Assembly: GCA_003216355.1 (NCBI GenBank)
Contig: QCIX01000005.1
Location: 759 to 64,758, forward strand
DNA: 64,000 nucleotides
DNA from: Prochlorococcus sp. AG-402-N23
GTDB lineage: Bacteria; Cyanobacteriota; Cyanobacteriia; PCC-6307; Cyanobiaceae
Direction: 5' to 3'
A program made the translations under genes and the position numbers. Numbering within the stretch: the stretch's first letter is position 1; the number at the start of each line of letters is the position of its first letter. Under the pieces are notes generated by a model. It was not told where the DNA came from, searched no databases, and worked only from the letters and a program-made list of their open reading frames with translations. Below are positions 21,095 through 30,589 of the stretch, piece after piece.

Positions 21095-22005
21095 TTACTC
21101 ATGTCCAGCATTCTCTTTATTGGAACATAGGCTCTTCTTATTATTTCTGGGTCTAGTTCAATAGACGGGGAATTATTTTTCAAACAATCAAGAATTTTTT
21201 CTAAAGTATTTAATTTCATATATGGACACTCGTTACATTTACAACCTTCTACATCTGGGACTTCAATAAAAATTTTATTAGGTTCTTTCTTTTTCATTTG
21301 ATGAATTATTCCAGGTTCAGTTAGTACCATGTAAGTTTTAGATGGATCTTTACTTACGAAATCAAGCAGCTTACTTGTTGATCCAATAAAGTCTGAGAGA
21401 ATTAGTAAATTTTGACTACATTCAGGATGAGCAATTACTTTTGATCCTGGATTTTGATATTTTAATTTTAGAAGTGCTTCTTCACTAAATGATTCATGAA
21501 CAATGCAGCTGCCAGGCCATAATTTAAGATCTCTTCCTGAATTTTTCTGTACCCATCTCCCAAGGTTCTGATCTGGCGCAAATATTATCTTTTTATCTTC
21601 AGGTATCTTTTTAATTAATGAGACTGCATTACTGCTTGTACATATCAGATCACTTTGAGCTTTTACTTCCGCAGTGCAATTTATATAACTTACGACATAG
21701 TGATCTGGATTTTCTTCCCTGAATTTTTGAAATTTATCTGAAGGACAATCGTCTGCTAATGAGCATCCTGCGTCAATATCTGGTAATAGGACTGTTTTAT
21801 TAGGGCTGAGTATTTTTGCGGTTTCAGCCATAAAGTGCACACCGCAAAAAATTATTATATCTGCGTCATTATTTGCAGCTTTCCTAGATAGATCTAATGA
21901 ATCGCCAATAAAATCTGCAATTTCTTGAATCTCTGGAGCTTGATAATAGTGCGCAAGAATAATTGCATTAGCTTTTTTGCAACGCTCCTTTATTTCAGAA
22001 ATCAA
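21091..22005 (-). CDS. nadA: quinolinate synthase
   Basis: LAHYYQ, GDSL, CGVHFMAE, GCSLA, AHPEC, CPYM; may extend to CTG at 22059. Confidence 0.96.
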   Translation of the reverse strand: MISEIKERCKKANAIILAHYYQAPEIQEIADFIGDSLDLSRKAANNDADIIIFCGVHFMAETAKILSPNKTVLLPDIDAGCSLADDCPSDKFQKFREENPDHYVVSYINCTAEVKAQSDLICTSSNAVSLIKKIPEDKKIIFAPDQNLGRWVQKNSGRDLKLWPGSCIVHESFSEEALLKLKYQNPGSKVIAHPECSQNLLILSDFIGSTSKLLDFVSKDPSKTYMVLTEPGIIHQMKKKEPNKIFIEVPDVEGCKCNECPYMKLNTLEKILDCLKNNSPSIELDPEIIRRAYVPIKRMLDMSN

Positions 22006-22108
22006 AACCTCTTCGTTTTGAACTGATTTCTGCTTTGCAGTAGAAGTTATACTGGTCAGGATTTAGAATATCTCTAAATAGATTATATGCCTTTAAACAG
22101 AAAAAATT

Positions 22109-22942
22109 CTGACAAATTTAAAAATTGCTATTGTTGGTGACTGTCATGGTCAATGGTCTGAATTAGACTTGAAAGTTTTATCGATTATCAAACCAAATAT
22201 TGTTTTATTTGTTGGTGATATTTCTGATGGAAGTGTCAAAATAATTAAAAAAATCAATGAGATCAAAATTCCTACTTTTGTGATTTTAGGAAATCATGAT
22301 AGAGGAAAAGATTCTACAGGCGAAACTCTCTCAAAGCAGATACGTGTTCTTGGTGAAAAATATTGTGCATGGGATTTGAAAGTTTTTAATAATCAAATAA
22401 ATTTATTGTCTGCTAGACCATGTAGTTCTGGCGGCGGCTATTATCTTTCAAAAGAAGTTAAAGGCGTTTATGGACCTATAACCGAACAAGATTCAATAAA
22501 TAAAATCATCAAATGTTCAGAAGAGACTGTTGAAGAAATACCTCTAATAATTATGTCTCATGCTGGTCCTTCGGGTTTAGGTTCAGAACCTAAAAGCATT
22601 TGTGGGAAAGACTGGAAATTACCCTCTTTAGATTGGGGAGATAGGGATTTGTCTGCTGCTATTTCTCAAATACAAAAGAGAAGAAAAGTTGATCTTGTAA
22701 TTTTTGGTCATATGCACAACCGGCTTAAAAGAAATCTTGGTTTAAGAGAGATGTTTAAAATTGATAGCAAAGGAACAATTTATTTCAACACTGCTGTGGT
22801 ACCAAGATATAAAACTGATGAAGATGGGAAATTGCTAATTAACTTTTCATGGATTGAATTTGAAAATAAGGAATTAAGGCGTGTTTCTCATCGATGGTAT
22901 TCAGAGTCTGGTGTAATTCGTGAAGAAGATAAATTTTTTTAG
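22109..22942 (+). CDS. metallophosphoesterase (TIGR04168-like)
   Basis: GDCHG (upstream of the track's TTG), VGD, GNHD, SHAGP, GHMH; start placed at CTG 22109. Confidence 0.82.
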   Translation: MTNLKIAIVGDCHGQWSELDLKVLSIIKPNIVLFVGDISDGSVKIIKKINEIKIPTFVILGNHDRGKDSTGETLSKQIRVLGEKYCAWDLKVFNNQINLLSARPCSSGGGYYLSKEVKGVYGPITEQDSINKIIKCSEETVEEIPLIIMSHAGPSGLGSEPKSICGKDWKLPSLDWGDRDLSAAISQIQKRRKVDLVIFGHMHNRLKRNLGLREMFKIDSKGTIYFNTAVVPRYKTDEDGKLLINFSWIEFENKELRRVSHRWYSESGVIREEDKFF

Positions 22943-22964
22943 GATTAATATCTCTGATCATATT

Positions 22965-23762
22965 TTAAGTATTTTTGGGCTTTTCATATCTTGAAAATAA
23001 TGTTTGAGATAAGATATAACCCGCAATTCCTGCGGCTGTAAAAGCTAAACCATTTTTAAATAAAGGTAATAAATCATTTGTTCTGGATATTATCGGTGCC
23101 AAACCAAAAATTCCAAATAACATTCCCCATAAAGGAGAAAGAAGAGCTAAAAATCCAATTGATATGACTTGACCTTCTTTTCTTGGGGCAGATGCGAAAC
23201 CTGCTACTAAACCTCCAAGAATCGATGTACATAAAGTCCATATATATTGCTCTTTGGGTAGGCCAGGGACAACTTGGCATCCTCCTCTTTCGAGGCAAAT
23301 CTTTACTGAATCAATTGCATCTAATACTGCACCATCCTCACCATGATCTTTAACATAGTATTGGTTGCCAAATCTTGTTTGAAGTTCAACCCAAAATAAC
23401 CTTGGCATAAAATTAAAATAAGCCTCTCCTACGTTAAAGTTCAGTAAATTTCCCCCTCTAGGATCCGCGACTATCAACAAACTTGTCTCATCTAAATCCC
23501 AATAGTCCTTTATTGCACTACCAGGAGAACTTTCAAACTGAGATAAATATTTAATTTTCCACCCACTTTCAATTTCTAGATTGTTGAGCTTTTCCTCTAA
23601 AGATTTTTTCTGATTAGGGCTTAATGTTTTAGCTAAATCAATTACTGGTGTTTTTTCTTCTGGTAAGAGATTTGGATTATTTATAGCGAAAACGGGTTTA
23701 TGTGAAATTAAAACTAATATAGATAGAAATATTCCTAATAAATAGTTAATCTTTGAAGGCAT
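22965..23762 (-). CDS. TPM-domain thylakoid protein
   Basis: VIDLAKTLS, FWVELQTRFGNQYYV, CLERGGCQVVPGL. Confidence 0.82.
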   Translation of the reverse strand: MPSKINYLLGIFLSILVLISHKPVFAINNPNLLPEEKTPVIDLAKTLSPNQKKSLEEKLNNLEIESGWKIKYLSQFESSPGSAIKDYWDLDETSLLIVADPRGGNLLNFNVGEAYFNFMPRLFWVELQTRFGNQYYVKDHGEDGAVLDAIDSVKICLERGGCQVVPGLPKEQYIWTLCTSILGGLVAGFASAPRKEGQVISIGFLALLSPLWGMLFGIFGLAPIISRTNDLLPLFKNGLAFTAAGIAGYILSQTLFSRYEKPKNT

Positions 23763-23793
23763 AAATAAGTTTTGTCTCTTTATATTTTCGCCG

Positions 23794-24984
23794 ATGAATA
23801 GCTTACCCGCGAATAATCCAGATTGGTTAGTAAAAAAAATAATAAAAATGGGTGGGACTATCAGTTTTTATGACTTTATGAATTTTGCATTAAATGATCC
23901 TTTTAATGGTTATTACGGCAGCGGTAAAGCTGAGTTAGGCGTTCGAGGAGATTTTGTCACATCACCATCTTTATCTGATGATTTTGCTTTTTTGGTTGGT
24001 AAACAAATAGAAGATTGGTTGATTCAGTTCAAAAGTAGTTTTTTATCTAATGAGACATTATCTGTAACTGAATTTGGAGCTGGAGATGGAAGCTTTATGA
24101 GTGGATTAATTAAATATTTTTTAGAAAACAGCAAGAATTTTTTAGAAGGAGTTTCTTTTGTAATTATTGAACCTAATGAAGGGATGGTAGAAAAACAAAA
24201 AAATAAATTGGAGGAATTTTTGAACTTAGGTATTGATATTTTATGGAAAGGTTTGGATGAAGTAGAGGAAAATAATATAAATGGAATAGTTCTAGCAAAT
24301 GAGGTTTTGGATGCTTTGCCAGTAGAAAGAATAACCTTCTCAAAGGGAAAACTAATTCGACAAGCAGTTTCTATAGACAAAAAATCTCATAAATTATTTT
24401 TTGATAAAATGCCAATTACACTTGAATTGGAAAAAAGTTTTGAACTTGCTAAAAGTGAGTTGGGAATAACTATTCCGCCTGAAGATGCTCTTGAAGGATG
24501 GACGACAGAATGGCATGTAGACAACTCAAAATGGTTAGAAGCTATTTATGGGAAAATCAATAATGGTATTTTATTGATAATTGATTACGCTAAAGAAGCT
24601 AAAAAATACTATAACTCTAAGAATTCTGATGGGACGATAGTTTCATATGAAAATCAAAAAATGAATAATAATGTCCTAGATTCTCCTGGAAATTGCGATT
24701 TAACATCTCATGTGTGTATAGAAACTTTAATCTATGATGCTGAGACTCTTGGATTTAATACTGATGGAATAACTAAACAAGGAGAGGCTTTGTTGGCGCT
24801 TGGATTGGCTGAGAGACTTTATGGGATTCAGAAAGAATTTAAGGAGAATTTATCAAATGCTCTTTTAAGAAGAGAGGCATTACTTAGACTCGTAGATCCT
24901 GTTTGTTTAGGTGATTTTAAGTGGTTTGTTTTTAAAAAGTTTAATGAGAAGAAAATGAATATAAATTCAACCTGTTTGCGTTAA
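23794..24984 (+). CDS. SAM-dependent methyltransferase, MidA/NDUFAF7 family
   Basis: GYYG...[32 protein letters not shown]. Confidence 0.9.
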   Translation: MNSLPANNPDWLVKKIIKMGGTISFYDFMNFALNDPFNGYYGSGKAELGVRGDFVTSPSLSDDFAFLVGKQIEDWLIQFKSSFLSNETLSVTEFGAGDGSFMSGLIKYFLENSKNFLEGVSFVIIEPNEGMVEKQKNKLEEFLNLGIDILWKGLDEVEENNINGIVLANEVLDALPVERITFSKGKLIRQAVSIDKKSHKLFFDKMPITLELEKSFELAKSELGITIPPEDALEGWTTEWHVDNSKWLEAIYGKINNGILLIIDYAKEAKKYYNSKNSDGTIVSYENQKMNNNVLDSPGNCDLTSHVCIETLIYDAETLGFNTDGITKQGEALLALGLAERLYGIQKEFKENLSNALLRREALLRLVDPVCLGDFKWFVFKKFNEKKMNINSTCLR

Positions 24985-26072
24985 GAAAAAAACTTTAAAA
25001 ATAATGAATCTTCTACGTCATCATATATATCAACAGCACCAATTTCTTTTGGTAATATAAATCTCATTTTGCCATCACGAACTTTTTTATCACCCATAAG
25101 TATTGTTAGAACGTCTTCTTTATTTATTTTGGGGATCTCGGTAGGAAGATCATAACTCTCTAAGAGAATTCGCTGTCTCTCTAATTCTTCTTTAGACCAT
25201 AACCCTTTTTCAATTGCTATTTTCCCCGCAATATTCATACCAATTGATATTGCCTCACCATGAAGAAATTTGCCGTATCCACATAAATTTTCAATAACGT
25301 GACCAAAAGAATGACCATAATTCAATATTGCTCTAACACCATTTTCATGTTCGTCTTGAGAAACAACATGTGATTTTGTTTTAATTGAACTATTAATTAT
25401 TTTAATTAAATATTCATTTTTGAGATTGATAAGTTCATTTTTGTTTTTTTCAATTTCTAAGTATTCGAAAAGTTCTTTATCTCTTATTACCCCGTATTTT
25501 ATTACTTCGGCCATGCCTGCACTAAATTCTCTTTTGGGCAAACTTTTTAAAGTTTCTGGATCAATAAAAACTGCTTTAGGTTGATTGAAAGCTCCAATTA
25601 AATTCTTACCTTTTGGATGATTTACTCCTGTTTTTCCTCCCACAGATGAATCAACCATTGATAATAATGTTGTTGGAATCTGAATGTATTCGATACCTCT
25701 AAGCCAAGTCGCAGCTGCAAAACCACTTACATCTCCAACAATTCCTCCTCCAAGGGCAATAATTATTGAATTTCTATCTAACCCAAATTCAAATGCTACA
25801 TCATATATTTCACTTAAGGTTTTTAAGTTTTTATATGATTCTCCAGCCTTGATAAGGAACATTTTGGCCTGAAATTTATTATCTTTTAAATTATTTAAAA
25901 ATTTTTCTCCATACAAATTTGATATTTCTTCATTTGAAATCACAAGTATTTTTCTATTCTTTGTTATTCCAATTTTTAAAAGTTCTTCGCTGATATTATT
26001 CAGTATCCCTGCTTCTAGAGTTACTTCGTATGACTTATCACCTAATGGTACTAATATTTTTCTCTTATTCAC
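24981..26072 (-). CDS. aroB: 3-dehydroquinate synthase
   Basis: [35 protein letters not shown]. Confidence 0.97.
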   Translation of the reverse strand: MNKRKILVPLGDKSYEVTLEAGILNNISEELLKIGITKNRKILVISNEEISNLYGEKFLNNLKDNKFQAKMFLIKAGESYKNLKTLSEIYDVAFEFGLDRNSIIIALGGGIVGDVSGFAAATWLRGIEYIQIPTTLLSMVDSSVGGKTGVNHPKGKNLIGAFNQPKAVFIDPETLKSLPKREFSAGMAEVIKYGVIRDKELFEYLEIEKNKNELINLKNEYLIKIINSSIKTKSHVVSQDEHENGVRAILNYGHSFGHVIENLCGYGKFLHGEAISIGMNIAGKIAIEKGLWSKEELERQRILLESYDLPTEIPKINKEDVLTILMGDKKVRDGKMRFILPKEIGAVDIYDDVEDSLFLKFFS

Positions 26073-26197
26073 AATTGATTACCTAGTTAAAATTTATAAA
26101 TATTTGGTATTAAATATCTTATATATTAGCAAAATCTAAGCTCTAGATCCTTAAAAATTCAGTTGTTAAGAATTAGAAATGGTAATAAAATCATGCT

Positions 26198-27388
26198 ATG
26201 AGTTTTAAAAAAAATATAAACGGTATTAAGAAAAATTATTCCCTAGGAATAATTGGAGGCGGTCAACTGGCATTGATGTTAACCGAGGCAGCAAAAAAAA
26301 GAGATTTAGAAGTATGTGTGCAAACAAAATCTTGTGATGATCCTGCTGGTTTAAAAGCAGATCATGTCATAGAAGCTGATCCCTTAAAGATAAGAGGTAA
26401 TAAATCATTAATTAATGAGTGTGAAAAAATAATTTTTGAAAATGAATGGATAAAAATCGATAAATTAAATTTAATTGACAATAAAGATATTTTTGTTCCA
26501 AGCCTTAATGCAATTAAGCCATTAGTAGATAGGTTTTCTCAAAAAAAATTAATAGAAAGAATGAATATTCCCTGCCCAAAATGGATAAGTATTGAAGATT
26601 TTAAAAATCTCTCGGATGAGGAAATTAATAATTGGACTTTTCCTCTAATGGCAAAATCAAATAAAGGCGGATATGACGGTAAAGGGAACAGAAAAATAAA
26701 GACAAAAGAAGATTTAGATTCTTTTTTAACAGAGAATAATTCTAATGAATGGTTAATAGAAGAATGGATAGAGTATGAAAAAGAACTGGCTCTTGTTGGT
26801 TCGAGAGATAGGACCGGTAAGATAAGATTCTTTCCAATAGTTGAGACGTTCCAATCAAACCATGTTTGTGATTGGGTTCTTGCACCTGGAACAAATGAAT
26901 ATGATTTGAACTTATTTGCATTAAATATTTTCTCTTCAATAGTTAATGAACTTAATTACGTTGGAGTTTTAGCTATTGAATTTTTCTATGGAGAAAATGG
27001 TCTTTTAATTAATGAAATAGCTCCTAGAACACATAATTCAGCTCATTTCTCTATCGAAGCTTGTACTTCAAGTCAGTTTGATCAATATGTTTGCATTTCT
27101 TCTGGGATAATGCCACCTGAAATTAAAATGAACTGTGAAGGGGCAATTATGATAAATTTACTGGGATTAAGAAAGAATTTCCCAATCTCAATGAAAACCA
27201 GAATTAAAATGTTATCTGAAATTGAGGGTTCTAATATTCATTTTTATGGCAAATCTCGAGAAATTCTGGGAAGAAAAATGGCTCACATCACATTTTTATT
27301 AAACGGTAAAACGAATTCAGAAAGATATGATGAAGCTCAAGTTTTATTAACTATGGTAAGAGACATTTGGCCATCTCCAAATGCATAA
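26198..27388 (+). CDS. purK: N5-CAIR synthetase
   Basis: GIIGGGQLA, GYDGKG, INEIAPRTHNS. Confidence 0.95.
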   Translation: MSFKKNINGIKKNYSLGIIGGGQLALMLTEAAKKRDLEVCVQTKSCDDPAGLKADHVIEADPLKIRGNKSLINECEKIIFENEWIKIDKLNLIDNKDIFVPSLNAIKPLVDRFSQKKLIERMNIPCPKWISIEDFKNLSDEEINNWTFPLMAKSNKGGYDGKGNRKIKTKEDLDSFLTENNSNEWLIEEWIEYEKELALVGSRDRTGKIRFFPIVETFQSNHVCDWVLAPGTNEYDLNLFALNIFSSIVNELNYVGVLAIEFFYGENGLLINEIAPRTHNSAHFSIEACTSSQFDQYVCISSGIMPPEIKMNCEGAIMINLLGLRKNFPISMKTRIKMLSEIEGSNIHFYGKSREILGRKMAHITFLLNGKTNSERYDEAQVLLTMVRDIWPSPNA

Positions 27389-27405
27389 AAAAATAAGTTA
27401 GAGTT

Positions 27406-27590
27406 AGGTTACTGGATCTTTGGTTAAGTTCTTCTTTATGTGCTCTGATCTGACTCTCTTTCGACATGAGGAGACTGTCGTGATGCGGTAGTAAACCGAT
27501 CTTGTAATCGGAAACGAAAGCCCACTTTGAATCCTCTTCTGGCATTTCCAGGTCGATGCAGCAGAGAACTGACGGGGATCCGGTAAACCT
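27406..27590 (+). ncRNA. ssrS: 6S RNA
   Basis: Downstream of purK (conserved cyanobacterial position); long self-complementary rod TTACTGGATCTTT...GGGGATCCGGTAA whose G-U pairs work only on +. Confidence 0.85.
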
Positions 27591-27632
27591 CTTAAAAACA
27601 TGTTATATCAACGGTTTTTGAGGGGTCTTTTT
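27587..27632 (+). terminator. hairpin plus U-tract after 6S RNA
   Basis: ACCTCTTAAAAAC...GTTTTTGAGGGGT-CTTTTT. Confidence 0.55.
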
Positions 27633-27648
27633 ATTGCTATTATTAGGG

Positions 27649-27697
27649 TGCCTTACCAGAGTGCCTTACCAAACTGCCTTGCCAGCATGCCTTACCA
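27649..27697 (+). repeat. 4x TGCCTT(A/G)CCA tandem repeat, 13-bp period; fifth copy at 27824
   Basis: units start at 27649, 27662, 27675, 27688; GGGTGCCTTACCAG at 27646 is repeated at 27821. Confidence 0.9.
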
Positions 27698-27913
27698 AAT
27701 TAATAAATTGAAATAAAGTGAGTTATAATTACGCTTTTTATATAAAGTGACAGATCACAAGAAGCTTGAATTAAAGATATTTGAATTGTTTTATAGCTTT
27801 TCCAAGGTGAAAAAGCTTATGGGTGCCTTACCAGTACTGCAGCTGTAATTATAGTTATAGTAACTATTTATAGCTAAAGTTTGGTTAGGCATACAAATTT
27901 AACTTTTCAGATT

Positions 27914-28096
27914 TCAGCTTATCCAGGGCTTATTGAGAATGGATTTATTCAAATTAAAGGTCATTTCTTGAGCTCCTTTCATACATCCTCCTGATGGGTA
28001 GCTGATAACTTTTTTTGAAATAGCTCCTATTCCTATAGCTATTACTCCAATACCTAATAATGCTTTTGATCTGTTGCTTGCAAGAAGAGATTTCAT
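27914..28096 (-). CDS. small hypothetical membrane protein
   Basis: 60-aa ORF with N-terminal TM helix. Confidence 0.5.
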   Translation of the reverse strand: MKSLLASNRSKALLGIGVIAIGIGAISKKVISYPSGGCMKGAQEMTFNLNKSILNKPWIS

Positions 28097-28146
28097 TGGT
28101 ATTTGTATTTATTCAATGATAGAAGCTATGTTTTTATCTGTGGATT

Positions 28147-28374
28147 CTAAGCTGCTTCTGGAGCGAATATTCTACTGTTCTCTCTCCAGTATCTACATCC
28201 CTTAATTAGATGATCGCCTTGAGGAATAAGCTTTTGATGAAACGGACAAGTAAGGATGGTGACACAAGAACTTGTCGTGCTGTACCTGAAGTGATTGCAG
28301 GTAATACATATCTTCCGTCGTTTTCTTACTAATATTTCGTCCTCTAAATAGTCCCATTCCCGCCAGTCCTCCAT
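28147..28374 (-). CDS. Cys/His-rich small protein (CxxC...C...C...H...C)
   Basis: ATG at 28374 (MEDWREWDYL); has a pseudogenised paralog at 31306-31538. Confidence 0.75.
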   Translation of the reverse strand: MEDWREWDYLEDEILVRKRRKICITCNHFRYSTTSSCVTILTCPFHQKLIPQGDHLIKGCRYWRENSRIFAPEAA

Positions 28375-28382
28375 AGCAATAT

Positions 28383-28396
28383 AGTACAAGTGTACT
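28383..28396. promoter_or_regulatory. LexA box
   Basis: perfect AGTAC-AAGT-GTACT palindrome, 8 bp upstream of ATG 28374. Confidence 0.8.
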
Positions 28397-28545
28397 ATTA
28401 TTTATAGCAACTAAATTAGGCATTGGTCAACAATCAGTTCTTGATGGGGTTATGGGGGGGGTAAGTCCTTAACAATTTTGCTTTATCAGCATCATTAAAA
28501 TCCAAAAAATACTTGACGATCCACTTCTAATGTTTTTATATTAAT

Positions 28546-28559
28546 AGTACGCATGTATT
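28546..28559. promoter_or_regulatory. LexA box
   Basis: AGTAC-GCAT-GTATT just upstream of the DUF1651 start. Confidence 0.7.
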
Positions 28560-28567
28560 ACTAAGTA

Positions 28568-28867
28568 ATGACTTTAGGAGGAGCTAATGTTTGGACTAAT
28601 TTTTCTTACGGTTATCGTAATGAGTCCCCAAGTGGTTGGTTGCTTAGCCCAGACCGCAGCAGATTAATTTTATTTATAAGGAATAAAAAATCTCCAAGAA
28701 ATAGTATGAGAATTTTTGCTCATACATATTATGCAAATGATCTTGGTGTACCAATGGCAATTAAATCATCAACTCAGATGTATTTGGACAATGCTTGGGA
28801 TAAATGGCATGACCTTCAATTAGAAGGTTGGACTTTTGAAGAACTTGAATTACCTGAATCAGTATGA
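28568..28867 (+). CDS. DUF1651-family protein
   Basis: GWLLSPD...AWDKWHDLQLEGW pattern. Confidence 0.75.
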   Translation: MTLGGANVWTNFSYGYRNESPSGWLLSPDRSRLILFIRNKKSPRNSMRIFAHTYYANDLGVPMAIKSSTQMYLDNAWDKWHDLQLEGWTFEELELPESV

Positions 28868-29004
28868 CTAACTTAAATCCTATCAAAAAGAAACTATCAA
28901 AAGCAGATAGAAAGATATCTATACAAGACCCATCAAAATTATTAGCAGAATTTTTTAATGGTGTTGTCATTGAACTCGATGAAGAATATAAATATGACTC
29001 ATAA
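28864..29004 (+). CDS. 46-aa protein with DnaX(tau)-tail-like LAEFFNGVVIELDEE motif
   Basis: Manually translated; ATGA overlap with the DUF1651 stop; overlaps the next ORF start. Confidence 0.7.
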   Translation: MTNLNPIKKKLSKADRKISIQDPSKLLAEFFNGVVIELDEEYKYDS

Positions 29005-29146
29005 AGAATTGATAGATCAAGTTTCCGCAAATTTATTTAAGCAAAGTGGAAAGTTAGAAAGCAGAAGATCTTGGTTGGCAATGAGAAATTATCTTGAACA
29101 ATTAGACAGAGAACAACTTAAATCCATGCTTAGGGACCAAGGATAA
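28994..29146 (+). CDS. small helical hypothetical protein (50 aa)
   Basis: MTHKELIDQVSANLFKQSGK...; ATG 28994 preferred because of coupling to the upstream ORF. Confidence 0.65.
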   Translation: MTHKELIDQVSANLFKQSGKLESRRSWLAMRNYLEQLDREQLKSMLRDQG

Positions 29147-29156
29147 TTTAAAAACT

Positions 29157-29270
29157 TTATTTAGTTTTTATTTTTTTCTTAATTCTTAGAAAACCGTAAG
29201 TTGCAAAGCCAATCAAAAACATATCCAAGTAAATATGCCAAGTAGGAAAAATTTGGTGTATTAATTCCAT
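29157..29270 (-). CDS. 37-aa membrane microprotein
   Basis: MELIHQIFPTWHIYLDMFLIGFATYGFLRIKKKIKTK; TGATG overlap with the ligase stop. Confidence 0.5.
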   Translation of the reverse strand: MELIHQIFPTWHIYLDMFLIGFATYGFLRIKKKIKTK

Positions 29271-30019
29271 CAACTTTTTATTGCCACTTGCCAATAAGGA
29301 TAATCTAAATTTGATTTTTCTCTAATCAATTGTAATTTTCTAGAATTTATCTTTACGACTATTCCATCTGTTGGATATTTCCTAAAAAGCTTCCCTTCTA
29401 GCCACTTTTTTCTAAATACTTCAATTTGGCTCGTAAAGTTGCATGAAATATCCTGAGGGATCGTGAAGCCAAGCTTTGAAAGACTCTTTTTGGACTCATA
29501 TTGGTTAAGTTTTGAATTAAGTATTTGAAATGCGCAGAAGCTAAGACTATCAGAAAATCCTTCTTTAGCTCTTAGAAATCCAGAAGCAATTCTCTGGGAG
29601 ATATTTGGACTTTGGTTGGGTGCGTATAATTCACCTCTAACTTGAAGAACTCCTCGTAAAGGGAGATTATTGGGAATGTCTTGGAGTTTAATAAGTTTAT
29701 TAGTAATTTCCGTTCCTTTTCTTGAAATTGCTTTCTCCAGGGTTCCATCCCTATATTGCAAAGCAACAGCACAACCATTAATTTTTGGTTCAATTAATAA
29801 TCTGGTATCTACTAATAATCCTTTCAAAAATTCATCTAATGAATCCTTTTCTAATGAAGGTAAAACTAGTTTATTTTTGTTTTTAAAGTAATCACAATTA
29901 GGGTTTGTTCTTAATAAATTTTTTTCAAGTTGGTCGAACTGCTTATCAGAGATTAAAGCATTACCATTTCTATAATTATCGTCATACCATTCAATTCTTT
30001 CTTCTAAGTAAGTCTTCAT
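29270..30019 (-). CDS. truncated NAD-dependent DNA ligase (adenylation domain only)
   Basis: YY-like/ISD..FD Ia motif, EPKING, SRKG, VRGELY, TDGIVVK, ends WQVAIK; no OB/HhH/BRCT. Confidence 0.85.
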   Translation of the reverse strand: MKTYLEERIEWYDDNYRNGNALISDKQFDQLEKNLLRTNPNCDYFKNKNKLVLPSLEKDSLDEFLKGLLVDTRLLIEPKINGCAVALQYRDGTLEKAISRKGTEITNKLIKLQDIPNNLPLRGVLQVRGELYAPNQSPNISQRIASGFLRAKEGFSDSLSFCAFQILNSKLNQYESKKSLSKLGFTIPQDISCNFTSQIEVFRKKWLEGKLFRKYPTDGIVVKINSRKLQLIREKSNLDYPYWQVAIKS

Positions 30020-30226
30020 TTAATACGATGGCTTAAGTTTTTGGCTAGGTATCCAACTTGGTTTATCTATGATCCATTTTTCTCTGTCTTCATATTTAAC
30101 AGTCCATAAAAGAGATGAAGAAATTTCTTTTAGAGTTATGCCAACCAAATATCTTGTTTTTGGACTAATTGATATAAATCCAAATAATAATATTAATAAA
30201 ATAAGTTTAAACATACCTTTAATCAT
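30020..30226 (-). CDS. small hypothetical membrane protein
   Basis: 68-aa ORF abutting the ligase start. Confidence 0.55.
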   Translation of the reverse strand: MIKGMFKLILLILLFGFISISPKTRYLVGITLKEISSSLLWTVKYEDREKWIIDKPSWIPSQKLKPSY

Positions 30227-30257
30227 TTAAAAACTCAGCGTAATTTTTGCGAACTTT

Positions 30258-30515
30258 TTAGTTAATGCAATTCTTATAACCTTCAATCTTTGCTAGTTCA
30301 TCAATGTTCAAACTTGTTTCCTCTAGTAAAGTTTCTCCTATATCATCTTTATTAAATTTAGTTAAAGCTCCCTTAGTAGAGTACTTAATACATTGGTTTT
30401 TATATTTTGCTTCTTTGACAACAGGAGATAAATAAAAACCAAACAAGATGATAAAGGCTCCGTAGGTTACAACTTTTCTATGGTTTTTCCACCATTCATA
30501 AAATTTATTGGACAC
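30258..30515 (-). CDS. small membrane-anchored hypothetical protein
   Basis: 85 aa, TM helix plus a Cys pair. Confidence 0.6.
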   Translation of the reverse strand: MSNKFYEWWKNHRKVVTYGAFIILFGFYLSPVVKEAKYKNQCIKYSTKGALTKFNKDDIGETLLEETSLNIDELAKIEGYKNCIN

Positions 30516-30589
30516 GAAAAATAAATAATTAATCTCTATTTTAAATTTATTGTCAACAAATTACTTTAGTAATTGAAGGATTGCTTAAT

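Noticed and set aside
27351-27601. Two minus-strand ORFs
   Set aside because: Antisense to 6S RNA; explained by the GC-richer RNA gene
27649-27697. Possible CRISPR array
   Set aside because: 10-bp units with 3-bp spacers and no cas genes
28202-29030. Alternative ORFs 28202-28423(-) and 28761-29030(-)
   Set aside because: Overlap better-supported genes in another frame or on the other strand
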